NCBI RefSeq assembly: GCF_009914755.1
Contig: NC_060931.1
Direction: 5' to 3' (one strand)
Origin: the human T2T-CHM13v2.0 reference genome, Homo sapiens
Length of the DNA: 64,000 bases
The translations under genes and the position numbers were made by a program. The notes under the pieces are model-generated. The model was not told the origin of the DNA, did not search any database, and was given only the letters and a program-made list of their open reading frames with translations. Shown piece by piece: positions 43,057 through 57,952 of the stretch; position 1 is the first letter of the stretch, and every line of letters begins with the position of its first letter.

Positions 43057-44407
43057 CTTTTGGTGCTATGAGCAACGTAACCAAAAGCTCTTTTGAAGCT
43101 CTTTTGAAGCTGCAGTCGAGGGAACTCAGAATCTGTCAGGCTGGCAGAAAGGTAAAAATTTCTTACTAGTCAGATACCCAGGTGTCTATCTGTGGAATCC
43201 AATTGAGCAGATAGTGACAGTTACTGTTTTTCCTTTTCCAAATTTAAGATTAATGAGAGAAAAGCATTTATACAGACTAGTCTTAGGTTCAGCGACTCTG
43301 GTATATATTTTGGAATATTCATATTGTCTGATCCTTTTCCTCCCAGAAATAGTCATGTGTTTTCCTTTGTCTTTGTTTTTTGTGTTGTCATAAAGTCCCT
43401 TTGGTCTTGTTTTATGTCCCTGAGAGTCTACCTTGTCATCAAATGGAATCACTATTTTTTGGTCTCAGCCATCCAGATGGCATGATTTTGGGGTCATGTC
43501 TGGTAGCCAGCGTGAAAGAAGTGAGAACCCTAAGACAAGTAAGATTTTAAGCAGCACACTCTTTGTTCTGAATTTGCCAACCTCTCAGGTGAATATGTCT
43601 TAAGAAGAAGTTCCATCCCTTTAAGAAGAAGGGGATTTTGCTGTCTCAAGAAGAAATTGTGTCTTAAGAAGAAGTTCCATCCTCTAAAGAAGAAGAAGGA
43701 GATTTTGCTGTCTCAACTTTTACTACATGGTTAGATCTGGGAAAGTCCAATTGCACATGGACTATCCATTGTCACAGATTAATGGGTTAGTGACTGGCAG
43801 CTTCCCACAAATTTCTGAGAGACTGGAGACATCGTATGCAGAAATACCATCCTTAACCTGTGGCAAAAAGAGACTTCTGCTATCCTAATCTATTTCTGGG
43901 AGTGAATTTTCTGGAGGATCATGAGGCCTGCATCTTCGTTTTTAAAATGCCACTTATATCCATGGTGTGCTAAACCTGGAAAGTTATCTCTGGGACTTTC
44001 CAAGTAAAAGGCTTATTAGCTTGAGTCATTAATAGAATAAATAAAATTGGCTACATTTAAAAGAAAACCTTTTAGTGAGTGTTTCTCTTCACCAGCTCTC
44101 TTACTGGTATCTACGAAAAAATACAAAAAAAAAAAAAAATAGCCTTAAAATCTCTCTTGGCAAAAACAACAAAAAGGCAGACAACTGATTTAAATTAAAA
44201 TTAAAATCCTTTGTGTTCTCAACAGCCTGCTTTGGTTTCTCCATGGGATCTGCAAAAAAAGCACTCCAGCCTGTGGCCTAGTGGCTAGGGTTCTATGCTC
44301 CCACAGCTGCAGCCAAGGTTTGAATCTCATTAGACACTCAGAGAGATGTGGATGTAAATTCCTTAACTTAGGAGAAAAAATAAACATTTATAAGAATTAT
44401 ATAATTC

Positions 44408-44699
<292 letters not shown>

Positions 44700-46369
44700 A
44701 CAAGAATTATGTAATTCTTATAAATAACTATATAATTTATAAATTTATAATTCTTAAAATAATTATATAATTTATAAATTTATAATTCTTATAAAGAATT
44801 ATATAAGAATTAGTTTGAAGTTTTGTAACTTTTGACATTTTGGGGTACCCATTTGTTATAGATCATTTTCCCCTCCAAGGAGGGCTATTGCTCTCCTGTT
44901 CATATCTATGTCCCTTTCTTCTTCTAGCCATCTTTGGGGGTGGCTCTTGATCTTGTTAGGACTGCTTCTTTGCATCTCTTTTGAGATACCTCTTGCATCC
45001 TTGCTTAGTCATTAAAGACTTACTGGTTTTGATTCTGAGTCACTTGGTAGATACCTTCTGTTTAAATGCAAAGAGGGATAAAAAATATTCAAAAGCTGGA
45101 ATACTGGCAGTTTGTCCCAGCAAAAACCTGATGGTGAAAGATTTGAAAAGATTTTACAAGAGCTCTATGGTCATCAGCTTAATTAAAAGCTGACATTCAA
45201 ACTACATATTTTTTAAACTTCTCTGTTCTCTTTTGGATCCTGTTTCTCCCACAGGAATCTTTTTCAGTGAACTAAAACGCCATCCTAATTGTATGTTCAG
45301 TCCCTCTGTTGACTTCCTTTCTTATTGGCAAGATTTTTGCTTAAAGAAAAAACTAAAACTTCATTGGCCTTTTGCGAAGCTTGAGATGTATCCACACTGG
45401 CTCCTCTTGGACTCAATGCTCCATTTGATTCTTCCCCTCCTTTGCCACCTTCAGTCTTCTACCCAGTTCCCTTTAATCATTGATTGTTCCCCCTTCAAAC
45501 CCATATTTCTTCCATTGGGTCAATCAATGGATAAAAATGTACTGAAAAGAAACATGAGAGTTACGGTTGTCACATAAAGGGATCAAAAAGGGACTTCTAG
45601 GAACGCTGATATGCCTTCAAAACACAGCGAAGGTGCCATTGTCTCCTTTTTGGGTAACCTATCTTCCTCATAGAGCCCCAACAGTCACAAGTAGGTTCAG
45701 CCCTAATTCATTCATGGGCTCCACCCTGAATTCGGTAATCTAGTTAATTTAACAAACAGAAACTTAAAAAGCCACCTGTTCAACTAAATGGATCTTCCAA
45801 ATACAACTCTCCAATATTTTGCTGCCCATTTTCAAACTTCTTGTAAAAAAGATTTACACCTATAAGAAAACTCTCCATTTGTAAGGGAATCTCCCTCTCT
45901 ACACCAAAACCACTGGAAACCCATACCATGGGAAAGGCATTCCCTTAAAAATTTCCATAACAAACTTTTGTTTAAGGTATTTTTCCTGGCTATGTGTCTT
46001 AAATGGGCCTTTACCTATGCCCTTCTTTGTCTTGGCAAATAATGAAGTTTACATACAAGTTCTCTGTCTTTGAGACAGAAATTTTCTCTCTTAATTCACC
46101 TAGGGCCATCCCTTTAGAAGTGCAAGTTTAAGGTTGCCTAGCTAACAGTTGCATAGGGCAATGAAACAGGTGATCTGAAGATTGATGGTCTAAATCGGGT
46201 GGAGAAGGGCTATTTGGAAGTTGGCAAATGAGAATTTCAATGAAAGCTGCAAGATTTGATTCTGTGTCTCTTTATGTTATATGTCTATATCTGTTATGTA
46301 TATGTGATATTTCTAAGTGAACCAACATAATCTTTGGTAAACAAAGCTAGTTTTAAAATTGTTGGTAAA

Positions 46370-46644
<275 letters not shown>

Positions 46645-49600
46645 TATGTCTCAAAAAAAAAAAATTGTTGATAAAATGGAAAGTCTTCAGAACTATACTA
46701 AATATAATTCAGACATTTTTGCCTGGGTCTACTGGTTAGCCAGGTAATTTAAGGTGTCTGAGCTACAATTTTTAAGGCCATGAAACTGCTGCCTCTGTAA
46801 TATTTTTTATGCTTGTTTAATTTCTCTGTAATCTAAAGCTGTAAACGCTGGCTGCTGGATTCTTCCAAATCCCTGTAAATATCTTTATGTGAGCTTCTAT
46901 CTTTGGTTTTGAGCCTCTGGATGCTGGAGTCTGGAGAAGTGGCCATAGTAAGACCTGGAAACACATGTGTGTCCATGGCACGTGGCCCACCAACTGCCAT
47001 GTTCACACCTCTGTCCTCTGTCCTGGGTTGTAAACCTGGTATATGGATCCAGGACCCAGATAGTCCCTGTTCTTCATACCTGTCCTGAATGCCATGTGAG
47101 TACTCAGAACCCAGGGCAACTGGGGAAGACATTCGCAAGGGTACCTGTGTCATAGTTGCAAAATACTTTTCAGTAAAGTCTTTAAGGCTTGTTATGTGAA
47201 ATTAAGTAATAGTCATAAAAATGTCTGTATCATTTCTAAGTTAAAAATACTATAACATTAATTATTAAATATAACTCTAAATTTATATGCTTTAACATCT
47301 TATTTTTATATGGTATAGAAAAGCTAAATATATTTAGATCTGTCAATTAAAAACTAGGAAAACATATCTTTCTTACAAATTATGAAATGGTTTTCATCTA
47401 CAAACACTGATATGAAACAGTTCAAAATTACTTCCTAGGTTTTCACTAGAAATTAAGGTTACTAAGAGTTAATATTTAAATTAATATAATTAAATCTATT
47501 AAATAATTCTATATGCAATGTGTACAAGAAAAGCAGATATATTTTTTGGTAAGAAAAGTTATAAAAGGTATGAGGATGTATGTGTATTTGTTGAGAAAAT
47601 AATTTTGTCTAGTTTAGAGGTAATTTAAAGGTTGCTTTAAAATTAAGGGAAAAATGATGCAGACAAAACTAAATGGGCATAGAAAGTTGAGGGAAAAGGA
47701 GAATTTCAAATTTTATGCGGTTAAATGGATAAAGTTAAATAAATTTATTAATATGGTTGTTAAATTGAGCCTTCATATCAAAAACACATATTAATGCAAA
47801 GCTATAATTTGTTTTTTTCTTTTGAATAAGATTTTCATATACTATTAATAAGAAATAATAAAAGACTTGGGTTTACCTTTTAGGAAAACTTCAAAAAAAG
47901 GGGAAGGGAGAGAGAAACAGATTCTGTGTGACTCCTGCTGTCTTTACTAGGTCTTTTAAATATTTGGAAAGTTTGAGTCCCCTCTCTATCAAACAGTAAA
48001 GGTTTTTGTTTTTGAAATCTTTTAATTATCACTTTGGCTAAATCAATGACTATTATTTCACAATGACCTGTGATCCTATTTTTGATAAAGTGTTTTAAAC
48101 CTCTGACATGTTTAATAGGCTTCACAGAATAAAATTTTAAGTTGTAAATTAAGTGTTCTGACCACAAATTAGCTTTGGGATGTTACAGAGGACCCCTAAG
48201 GCATCCAAAAGAGAGACAATCCGGCTTATTTGATTTATTAAATTGTATAGACCACACTGTCAAATAAGAAATGATGTTTAATCTTCTTTGAGTTATATGT
48301 GTATAAATTAATATGTGTCCAAAATTTGATGAAATTCCTAAATATCTGATGTGTTAAATTTCTGTATGCCACAGAAAATAACAAAAGTCCTTGTTAGTTC
48401 CATCTTTAACCATGGTCATTTTAAGTCTTGTTGTCATAATAAATTGCTTATTCTGATGCTTTTTGTCCATAAAAGCTTTTTGCAAATCCTAAAATGGTAT
48501 GTCTTCAAGGAGGTTCATGGAAAAGACTACAAGTATTCTTAAATACACATTTCTGACAACTTTTTAGATCATACAAATGCACTAGGTAAGAATTTCTAAA
48601 ACTCCAATACAAAAAAAGAAAAAAAAAACTAGACTCATAAAATTGCTAACCTAGTATCAAGCAGAACAAGAATTACATTTAGCTGAACTGATGGAGGACA
48701 AAACTAATTTTTTATCACTGTTTTTGACTGAAACATTGTTGATGCTGTTTACTTTTTACAGTTCTTTTCCACAATCAAAAAAAAATCTTTTTTCTTTCAA
48801 GTTACTTACAGCTTGTAACAATTGGGTAGAATAAACTTTTGTGAGCACAATTTAAACATTTACCTTTCTACTGCTCTCTCCAGAATTTGGAAGTTATTTA
48901 TAAATATTCTTATTTTATAGCAATATAGTTATTTGTGTAAGTTCAATAACAATCTGTTTTATTTTGTAACAGGACACAATTGAAGACACTGGTTATTTTA
49001 CCCAGGCTTTGACTAGAAAGACATATTTTAAAATGTGACCAGTCTGCTTTGAAGCACTGGGACTGACTTTATAACACCAACAGACTTGGAAAAAGACTGG
49101 CCCAGGTACCTTGCCTACACAGTTCCCTTAAAAAATTCCCGACCTTGTTGTGATAAGTAAATTATGTCACTTTCTGACAGGCCCCCAAGAACCTCAACAT
49201 ATTTTAAGGACCTTGAGAAGAAAGAAATTTACTCAATTCAGACTGGTATTATAGACACAGTCTTTGGCTTGGCTCTAAACCTTAAGTGATTTTCAAAAGT
49301 CTAATATGAAATTTCATATGAAAAAGTTACAGCAAAGTCAACTTATGGCCTATATGACTAATCATTATCCTTGTTGCACTTTAAACAAATAATCAGGCCA
49401 AGGTTAATAAGACTAAAACGTATTTTATAAATAAATTGGTCTTACTATAGCATACCCGTTACTAGTTTCCAGCTCACTGAAATTTTTCTTGTTTGATTTT
49501 GAGATTTTATTATTACCTGCAATCTGGACTGAATCTTAAATTTTTAGTCCCCTGTGATTCTCCAATCTACTGTTTCCAATTTTTCATCCACCATTCTGAC

Positions 49601-49755
49601 TTAAAAATCACTAGAAATTAAAATTGTGCTTTTGTTAAAGCCCTACAAACTGGAGCTGGACAATCTGTCATAAACTTTGGGAGAAACCACTATAGCCACT
49701 TATATATAAACAGTCTTCATGACTATTGAAGTAGACTCAGAAAGTTAACTGAAAC

Positions 49756-50079
<324 letters not shown>

Positions 50080-50507
50080 TTGAAACTCTTGATTTGAAAT
50101 ACAATCCAAGACTGTGGATTCCCACTGTGCCCATTTAAACCGAAGATGCTTCAAATTCTAAAAGTACTAATTTACAGATGAGTCCAGACATTAGCCTTTG
50201 TTTTTCTTGTTTCCATAGAAATGCCTGTTATTAACGATCCATTTAAGTGCATCGTATGTACAGTCCTGGTTTGAGAGTCCATCTGCAATGCAACGTCCTA
50301 GAATAAGAAATAACTGTTTAATTGAACTGATCTATCCTCAGGACTAACAGACTGATTCAAGAGGATATGAGCTAGGTTTTCCAATCTACCTATTTTTTCT
50401 TCTTCTTTGTCAATCTATCTCACAATCTCCAACCCAAATTTCCCCATAGCTACCAATCTTTGATTAATATGTGAATCTTTGTGAAGATAAAGTTTCAAGT
50501 GGGAGAC

Positions 50508-51038
50508 TAAAGGAAACCAAAAAGATTTCACCCTCAAATATATTTCTTTGACCTATTTTGAGACGGCTATTCAGAGGGCCTGCAGACAACAATAGCCCTA
50601 AAAAGCTGCCTTTCATTAAGATTTGCATCTGTTGAGAAAAATCTATATTGGTGAAGTAAACAACCAGGCTTTCTCAGAGGCCCTACTTATCTGCAGATCT
50701 CAGAAATTAACTCATCCACAAGTTATGCTATCCATTCTGTCTCAGAGATATTATCAGTGAAGTTTCATCTGCCTAATGAGACCACCTTTGTCCCATGCCT
50801 TCCATTCTCTCCTAGAGCCAGTCTTGCCATGCTCCAAGCTCCTACTCCTTCCATAACCTCAACATGGTATAAAAGCACCAACCAACTGGCCCTTTGAGTT
50901 TTCATATTCTGTATGACTTCTCTGCACATGTGTGCATGTTAATAAAATGTGTATGCCTTTTCTCCTTTCAATGTACCTTTTGTCGGTTTTCAGCATACCT
51001 TTAGAGGGCAAAGTGGAAACTTTCCCTTGGTTCTTTCA
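50508..51038 (+). mobile_element. 3' LTR (MER34-like)
   Basis: TAAAGGAAACCAAAAAGATTTCACCCTCAAATATATTTCTTTGACC...; AATAAA at 50941; ends TTCTTTCA. Confidence 0.85.
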
Positions 51039-52221
51039 ATATACACCAAAAATACAAATCATGGTTATTTATGGGTAATAGGATTTCGAGTATTTCTCAT
51101 TCTCATATTTCCTACATTGAACATGTATATTTTGTAATTTAAAATATATTACTCCAAAATCAGCACTAAAAAATAAAATCATATTGCATATCATGTCAAT
51201 GATTTAGATCAATCTTTTTTTAATGCAAACTACTGTAGTAAACATTCTTTTTGTACATTTTTACATATATCCAGTGCTTCTCTGGGAGAATATATACCTT
51301 TCTAAAAGAATCACATGAATAAATAATGCTTAAGCCATTTACTTTTTCAATCGCAATAATGTTTGGGTTTCTTTTATATCTGAATCCCAAAGGATCAAAG
51401 GTTGCTAGGGTAGATAAGTAAATACTTTGGTTTGCTTGATTTAATTTTTTTCTGTATTTGCTATACTGGCCATCTTAGCTCAGTTGAAAATTGAAGGAAA
51501 AAATGAAGTTATATTTGTCTTCATTAAGTTTTTATAGACACTAAAGGAACTCAACTTGTATTCACAATGCTGAGAGCATTTATTCTTCCAGTCAGCTGTA
51601 TGTGTTGGTCATTATCGAATGTGAGAGAGCCAGAGAATATTGTTTTCATTCCATTCTTCCAAACACCAGGATAATGAAACTTCTGGCAAAAACAGTATTC
51701 TTATTTGTTCCTATAGTCAGCACAGCAAACAAATGTTTTAAATATCAACAATATGTGGGAAGAATTGCAAGAAAGTATAACATTAGTGAGGTGTGCTAAC
51801 TATTAGTAATCTTACAGCTCCTGAGAGAATTATTTCACTCAAACGTTTGCATGCCACCTTTTCTATTTAAAAAATAATAAAATAAAATCTTATTTAATTT
51901 ACATTGTTCATATTTGGATAAAAAATATTTACCAATTTTAATTGTGATTTTCAACAGCAGCCCTTCTCTCCGGACTAAAAAAAGACCCTGTCACTGTAGC
52001 AGCAGTAATAATGATATTTTAATATGATACAAAAATGCCTGAGATAAACTTATCCGTCATTATGCCAATGAAAATGTGATAATTCAAAGCAGATATGACT
52101 GCTGTTAACAGTGGCTTCAGCAACCTGTGTTTTACCACCCCATATCATATCATATTCCAGTGTTAAAGAAACAGGGACCAAAAACTTCATCTCTCCTGCT
52201 CTAAAAGTTAAGCATATTATC

Positions 52222-52401
52222 TTTTTTTTTTTTTTTTTTTTGAGACAGAGTCTCACTCTGTCTCCCAGCTACTCGGGAGGCTGAGGCAGGAGAATTGCTT
52301 GAAACCTGGGAAGCAGAAGTTGCAGTGAGCCGAGATTGTGCCACTGCACTCCAGCCTGGGTGACAGAGTCTCAACAACAACAGCAACAACAACAAAAAAA
52401 A
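52222..52401. mobile_element. Chimeric inverted Alu: antisense tail fused to a sense right arm
   Basis: T20-GAGACAGAGTCTCACTCTGTC joined directly to TCCCAGCTACTCGGGAGG...CAACAA/A tail. Confidence 0.9.
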
Positions 52402-52479
52402 GGAAATAACGTGTCGTGTCTCTTAAAGTTGTATCAATTGGATTTAGGAGGGCAAGAGAAGTAGGGAGAAAGGAGCATC

Positions 52480-52900
52480 AGTGTAGAGATACAGTGCATC
52501 TTAATTTGCAAAATAGCTGGTACCATATTTAAACAGTAGGGTTATTGAAAGACTAAGGAAAGAATAGAAACCATGATGAATTCAAAAAGCACAACTTTCA
52601 AATGATCATGTACAAAGATGGAAAGAAATACAATAAGAAAAAAAAGCAACAGCAGCAATTTTCTAAAACAATAAATGGTAAGTTGGAATAAATAAAAACA
52701 AGTTTTTCAGTCATCAAAGTAAACATCAATGGATTGAATTTTCTCATTAAGAGACAGAAATTATCATATTGCATCAAAAATTAAAAGCTACATATTGCTT
52801 GAAAAGAACAGCACTAAAAGAAAGTTGAAAATGTTGCAAATAAAAAGAAAGGTATGCCAGAAAAAAAATCAGGTAAGATAACACTAAAAGACAAGGTGGT
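52480..52900 (+). mobile_element. Degenerate L1M fragment (ORF2 start region)
   Basis: TCAGTCATCAAAGTAAACATCAATGGATTGAATTTTCTCATTAAGAGACAGA resembles the L1 endonuclease start (LNVNGLNSPIKR). Confidence 0.6.
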
Positions 52901-53870
52901 TTTTAAAAATTAACCTGCTACATGCAAATTAAAAATGTCATCCTCTACTGATAACATGAAGAAGGGGAGGAAATCAGAATTCTAGAAAAATAAATCCTGA
53001 ATAATAGATAAGACAAACAGTATTGTATTTCACCACACAACCAATTCTACACACAGTGTAAATCAACTAATGCCCGCTAACAGTAGAATTAATCAAAATT
53101 TAACTTGATACTTTTTTCTTAAGAAGTTTTAGTTAATCACTGCTTACATTTTGCAAATACTGGGTTTGGCTAGAAATTAAAATTAATTCCTTAGATCAAT
53201 GTCACCAGGTGTTTTTTTTTTAAATATTATTTGCTTTAAAGTATGGGAATTCTAGGCACCAAAAAATTCAACAAAAAAACCTTCAAAAATAAAAAATCTA
53301 ATATGTATTTTACTTGACAAATGATAAGTTTGCTTATGTTTTAAAACCTATAATTATAAATTTTAAATACAATCACTAAGAATTCCTAAAAGACACAGAT
53401 AATAAATAAGGTAGTTTTAATTATTTTATATAGTAACTACATAAGAATTTAAAATAACTGTTTTAACAGTATTCAACACTGTTCTAATAACTGACAGGAC
53501 AGAAGTGTTCCTGAAGTCTCTCACTGAATAGCATTGCTTGTTTGTACTTGGGTGTATGTCCTTGATAACTCGATTATTTCCTTTCATTACTTACTGCCTT
53601 TATAAACATTAATAAAATTATTTCTTCTCTGACTGAATTTTTTTTAAAAATCAAATATTTTTACCCTTGCCAGTTCTAACTCTAATTCTCCTTTCTCTCA
53701 CCACTCCCAAATTCTCACAAAGAGAACAATCCGGTTCCTTAAAATAAGACATGCTTATAAGATTTTTCCCTCTCTGATGAGAACCAAATATAATAGAATG
53801 ATGTTCTATCTGAAAGAAAAGAAAACTAAAGCTATTCAATCAGTAGCTAACATATAAATCAAAATATCTG

Positions 53871-54224
53871 TATATTAGTCTGTTCTCATGCTCCTAATAA
53901 AGACATATCCAAGACTGGGTAATTTATAAAGAAAAGAGGTTTAATGGACTCACAGTTCCACCTGACTGGGGATGCCTCACAATCATGGTGGAAGGCACAG
54001 GAGAAGCAAAGGCATGCCTTACATGGTGGCAGGCAAGAGAGATTGTGCAGGAGAACTCCCATTTATAAAACCATCAGATCTTGTGAGACTGTCACTACCA
54101 CAAGAACAGTTTTGGGGAAACTGCCCCCATGATTCAATTATTTCCACCTGGCCTCACCCTTGACACATGGAGATTATAACAATTCAGGGTGAGATTTGGG
54201 CGGGGACACAGCCAAACCATATCA
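53871..54224 (-). mobile_element. THE1 (THE1B/C-like) solo LTR
   Basis: TATTAGTCTGTTCTCATGCT...GGGGACACAGCCAAACCATATCA; perfect TSD ATCTG. Confidence 0.93.
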
Positions 54225-56089
54225 ATCTGATTCAGTAATACACTCTTAACACTAGAAAGTAAATCAGAAAAGGCTGTACAAATGTCATCAAAGCCATGTT
54301 AGGCAGACCCCAGTCTTTCACTGGTTAATGTTAGTTGAATATTACCGAATGAGTAAACATTAACTATACCATACATGTGATTCTGCATTTATATATAAGC
54401 TACCAAGAGTACCTAGAAGTCTTTTGGGGCTCACTGCTTCTTAAAATGCATACATTATTTTCTTTTTAAAATGCTGTCACTAAATTGAGAAGTAGGAAAT
54501 TACTACTGTCACACAAACACAACAAAAATGTACACTGCCAGCTTCCTCTGTAATGGATGCCTACTTATGTGGCAATTTAAAACACAGGCAGATCATAGGG
54601 ATAATTCCCGTGTGTGTGTACGGCTGAGAGGAAAAGTATGGCCTGCCTTGACAGAGACTGCTTTTAAGTCTTTAAACTGTCCTCCTTCCAGTATTTATTC
54701 AGTATGCCTTCTATGCAGCTGAAAAATGTTGTTTCAAATCAGTGAGCATGTCTAAAATACTTAAGGAGGAGCAGCTGAGAATCTTTGCGGTGACTAAAAC
54801 CTAGTAACTTTCCTCAGGACAGGCATTAGGTACCACTTGCTGCTTCTTAATATGCTGATTTAGCCTCCAACAGTGACAGGGCAATTGGTGTGAAATGTCA
54901 ACTAAGGACTGGAGACTACTATTTAGAAGAGAAATTTGATCATGGCAGCATAGCAACACCAAGCAGCCCTGATTTTCCTTGCCAGATGACTAGCAGACAT
55001 TTGGCGTCATTTAAATTAAAGAAAGAGCAATCTCCAAAAGATAGCTTCATTTGCAAAATTATAAAGCTCCAATAAACAGTTATTTGGGGAAAAAGAATGA
55101 CGGTGAATACATTAAACATCTGTAAATTTAGTGAAGAATGAAAATCCGAAGAGAGTTTTCCCAAGCTCTTTGTACTATACTAGATCAACTCAGCTGACCT
55201 CCATGGTTTACTTTGCCCTCTCATATGATGCCTCTCTCCTTTCTCCTTTAATTGTGTAAGAGGTCTTGTATTTTAACTATATACTTACCCTCCATTTCTC
55301 ACTAGTTGTAATTAAAAGTTGGTTAAATAAGCATGCCTTATGCTTAGAACTTCAAATGATATACTTCACTTTTCAATTGCCTACAACCTATGCTTTAGAA
55401 GCTAGCAAAAATCACTTCTTGAAATACCAACAGACCAGAATGATTTTTTTGAAAGCTTGCTAGTCTCATTGCTAATTAAAAAAGTGAATGTCTGCATGGT
55501 ATCTAAGCTCAAGTTCAGAAATAAAAACTATTCTAATTAATTTTGATCTTTATGCAACTACATATGCTGTAATATCTAGACCAGAGTTTCCCCAAAACAC
55601 TCCTAAAATATACTCACTTATGAGTATAAAAGCCCCAGCACACTATGTGGCTTGCAGATACTCTAAAATTCTTGTTTTTCACACATAAAAAACTAAGTAA
55701 TTACAGTGAGATTAACAAAAACTCATGGATGTTACAATCTCCATCTCCATTACCAAATTCACCACACATTTTATGTAAATACTTAATGCAAGTAAGTCTA
55801 GAGAATAAAAAGGCTAGACCCCTTCTCCTTTGTTCTCTCCATGCCTTCTTCTCTTTCAATCCTTCTCTCCTTTTACATAAATTGTAACAATTAAAATAAG
55901 CTACCATTATCACTTTTCTATACCACATCTGATGTAAAATAAAACAGTAATACATAATCTCATTTAGAAACAAAAATGCCAACCTAGAACTACATGACCT
56001 CAGATAATATACTTAAAACTTTTTCATTCTATACTTCTTGGCCTTATCATATCATGTAATAATAATGAGAAGACAAATAGGAAAGGCAA

Positions 56090-56170
56090 TAGAAAGAGGA
56101 AGAAGAAGGGACAGAGGAAGAGGGAGAAGAAGAGAAAGAGTAGGAAGAGGAGAAGTCAGAGAAAAGAGAA
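56090..56170. repeat. GA-rich polypurine low-complexity tract
   Basis: About 80 nt almost entirely A/G. Confidence 0.8.
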
Positions 56171-56430
56171 TTAAATGGAAAAATCTGTGTAAAACACTAG
56201 GCAGAGTGCCTGACACATGATAAGTGCAAGGCAGAGTGAGGAGATATGCTGCCAGAAAGCTTGGGAATTAAATGGATCTGGATACAAATACATGGGCAAA
56301 ATATCTCTATAAAATTGAGACTATCAATACCAAGTATAGAAGTATGTTGAAAGGATTAAATGAGTAAATACAAAAAAGTCCTTAGTACAGTGTCTAGTAT
56401 ATCAGAAGCACATAAAAAATTGTTATTAAG
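56170..56430 (+). mobile_element. MIR fragments
   Basis: GTAAAACACTAGGCAGAGTGCCTGACACATGATAAGTGC; AGGATTAAATGAG...CTTAGTACAGTGTCTAG. Confidence 0.7.
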
Positions 56431-57664
56431 ACCTTCTATTTTAAGGTCTCATATAAGATACTTGATATTTTTAGAACATTTTAATATTTAAACTAAAAAC
56501 ATAATTACTCTCTACTGAGAAATCATGAGGATTAATTTCATTTCAATGGATACAATTTTTGAATCAAAATACAGTTGTTAACAAAGACATCAAAAATTAT
56601 ACATTATATTCATCTTTTTATCTAAACTAAAAAATACCCATTTGAGAGGTAGAAATTGATATGTGCAGTCACTTAATGAAAATGAACATTTCTGCAAGAG
56701 TCAAACTTGTTACTATCAATGACAAGCAAAAATGGCTATTTGAAAATCCACATTTTAAAGAAATGTTCTGAGCACATAAATATAACACTTGATAATTTAT
56801 TTAGTTATTTTTTTGTTTAAGAACCACATTATGTTGTTGTGCTAGAAAAAAAGTGGCACAGGCAGTAAGATATAGGGCAATAAATTCTCTCTAAACCCTC
56901 TTGTAGAAAATGAGTCATTATTATTTATTATTAGACCTTTAAGTTGACGGACCTAGAATTTCTCAGAAAAGACAGTGTAAACAATCAGGGGTGACTGGTT
57001 CACAATAGACCAACATTTATAGGAGTAGCTGTAATTGGGGAGTAATGAGTCCTGAGACTAAATGAATAAATTAACCAGAGAAGGAGTAGACAGTCTTTTG
57101 TAACTAATGTCTCAGCTGTCAAGACACAACTTGGTTTTTGCTCTTAACTGGGCCTTGACAGCGTCAGCTCCCGTAGAATACAAGGACTGCCAACAGCAGG
57201 AGCACTCATCCACACTGCGGCCTGTTGGCATGCTGCCTGTGGCTGGATAATACATGCAAGATAGAGCATATGAGCTGGTATCTGGAATCAGTAACTGCAA
57301 CTCTGAGGCTGATTTTTTTTTTTTAAATAAATCTGGAAGACAGATGTTTGCCCCAACCAGCCTGTTAATTCTGAACTGATTATGTTGCCAACAACAAAGG
57401 CACTAATCTGCAGAGAAAAGTATGAGTTTTTGACATTATTATAATAATTAAAAATATATCTATCATTTAAAATTAAGTCCTACTTACAGAACCATATTTA
57501 ACTTATTATACTGAGTCAAATGTAACTTGGTCGCTGTCATTTAAGTCTATTAGAAATTCTGTTATTTAAAAATAAACAAAAAAGAGAGAAGGAATTAATG
57601 GAAGAATTAAAGATTTCTATTTTGTTAAAAGGAAAACAAACAATAAATAATGCACCATCTGTGG

Positions 57665-57952
57665 TTTTGAGGGAGACAGGGTCTCACTTTGTCACCCAGG
57701 CTGGAGTGCAGTGGCACCATCATAGCTCACCACAGCCTTGAACTTCTGGGCTCGAGTGATCTTCCCATCCTAGTCTCCTGAGGAGCTGAGACTACAGGTA
57801 CATGCCACCACACTTGGCTAATTTTTTTTTTTTTTTTTTTGAGACAGGGTCTTGCTATATTGCACAAGCTGGTCTTAAATTCCTGGCCTCAAGCAATCCT
57901 CCTGCCTCAGCCTCCCAAAATGTTGAGATTACAGGAGTGAGCCACCACCTGA
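57665..57952 (-). mobile_element. AluJ
   Basis: ATCATAGCTCACCACAGCCTTGAAC, GGGTCTTGCTATATTGC. Confidence 0.92.
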
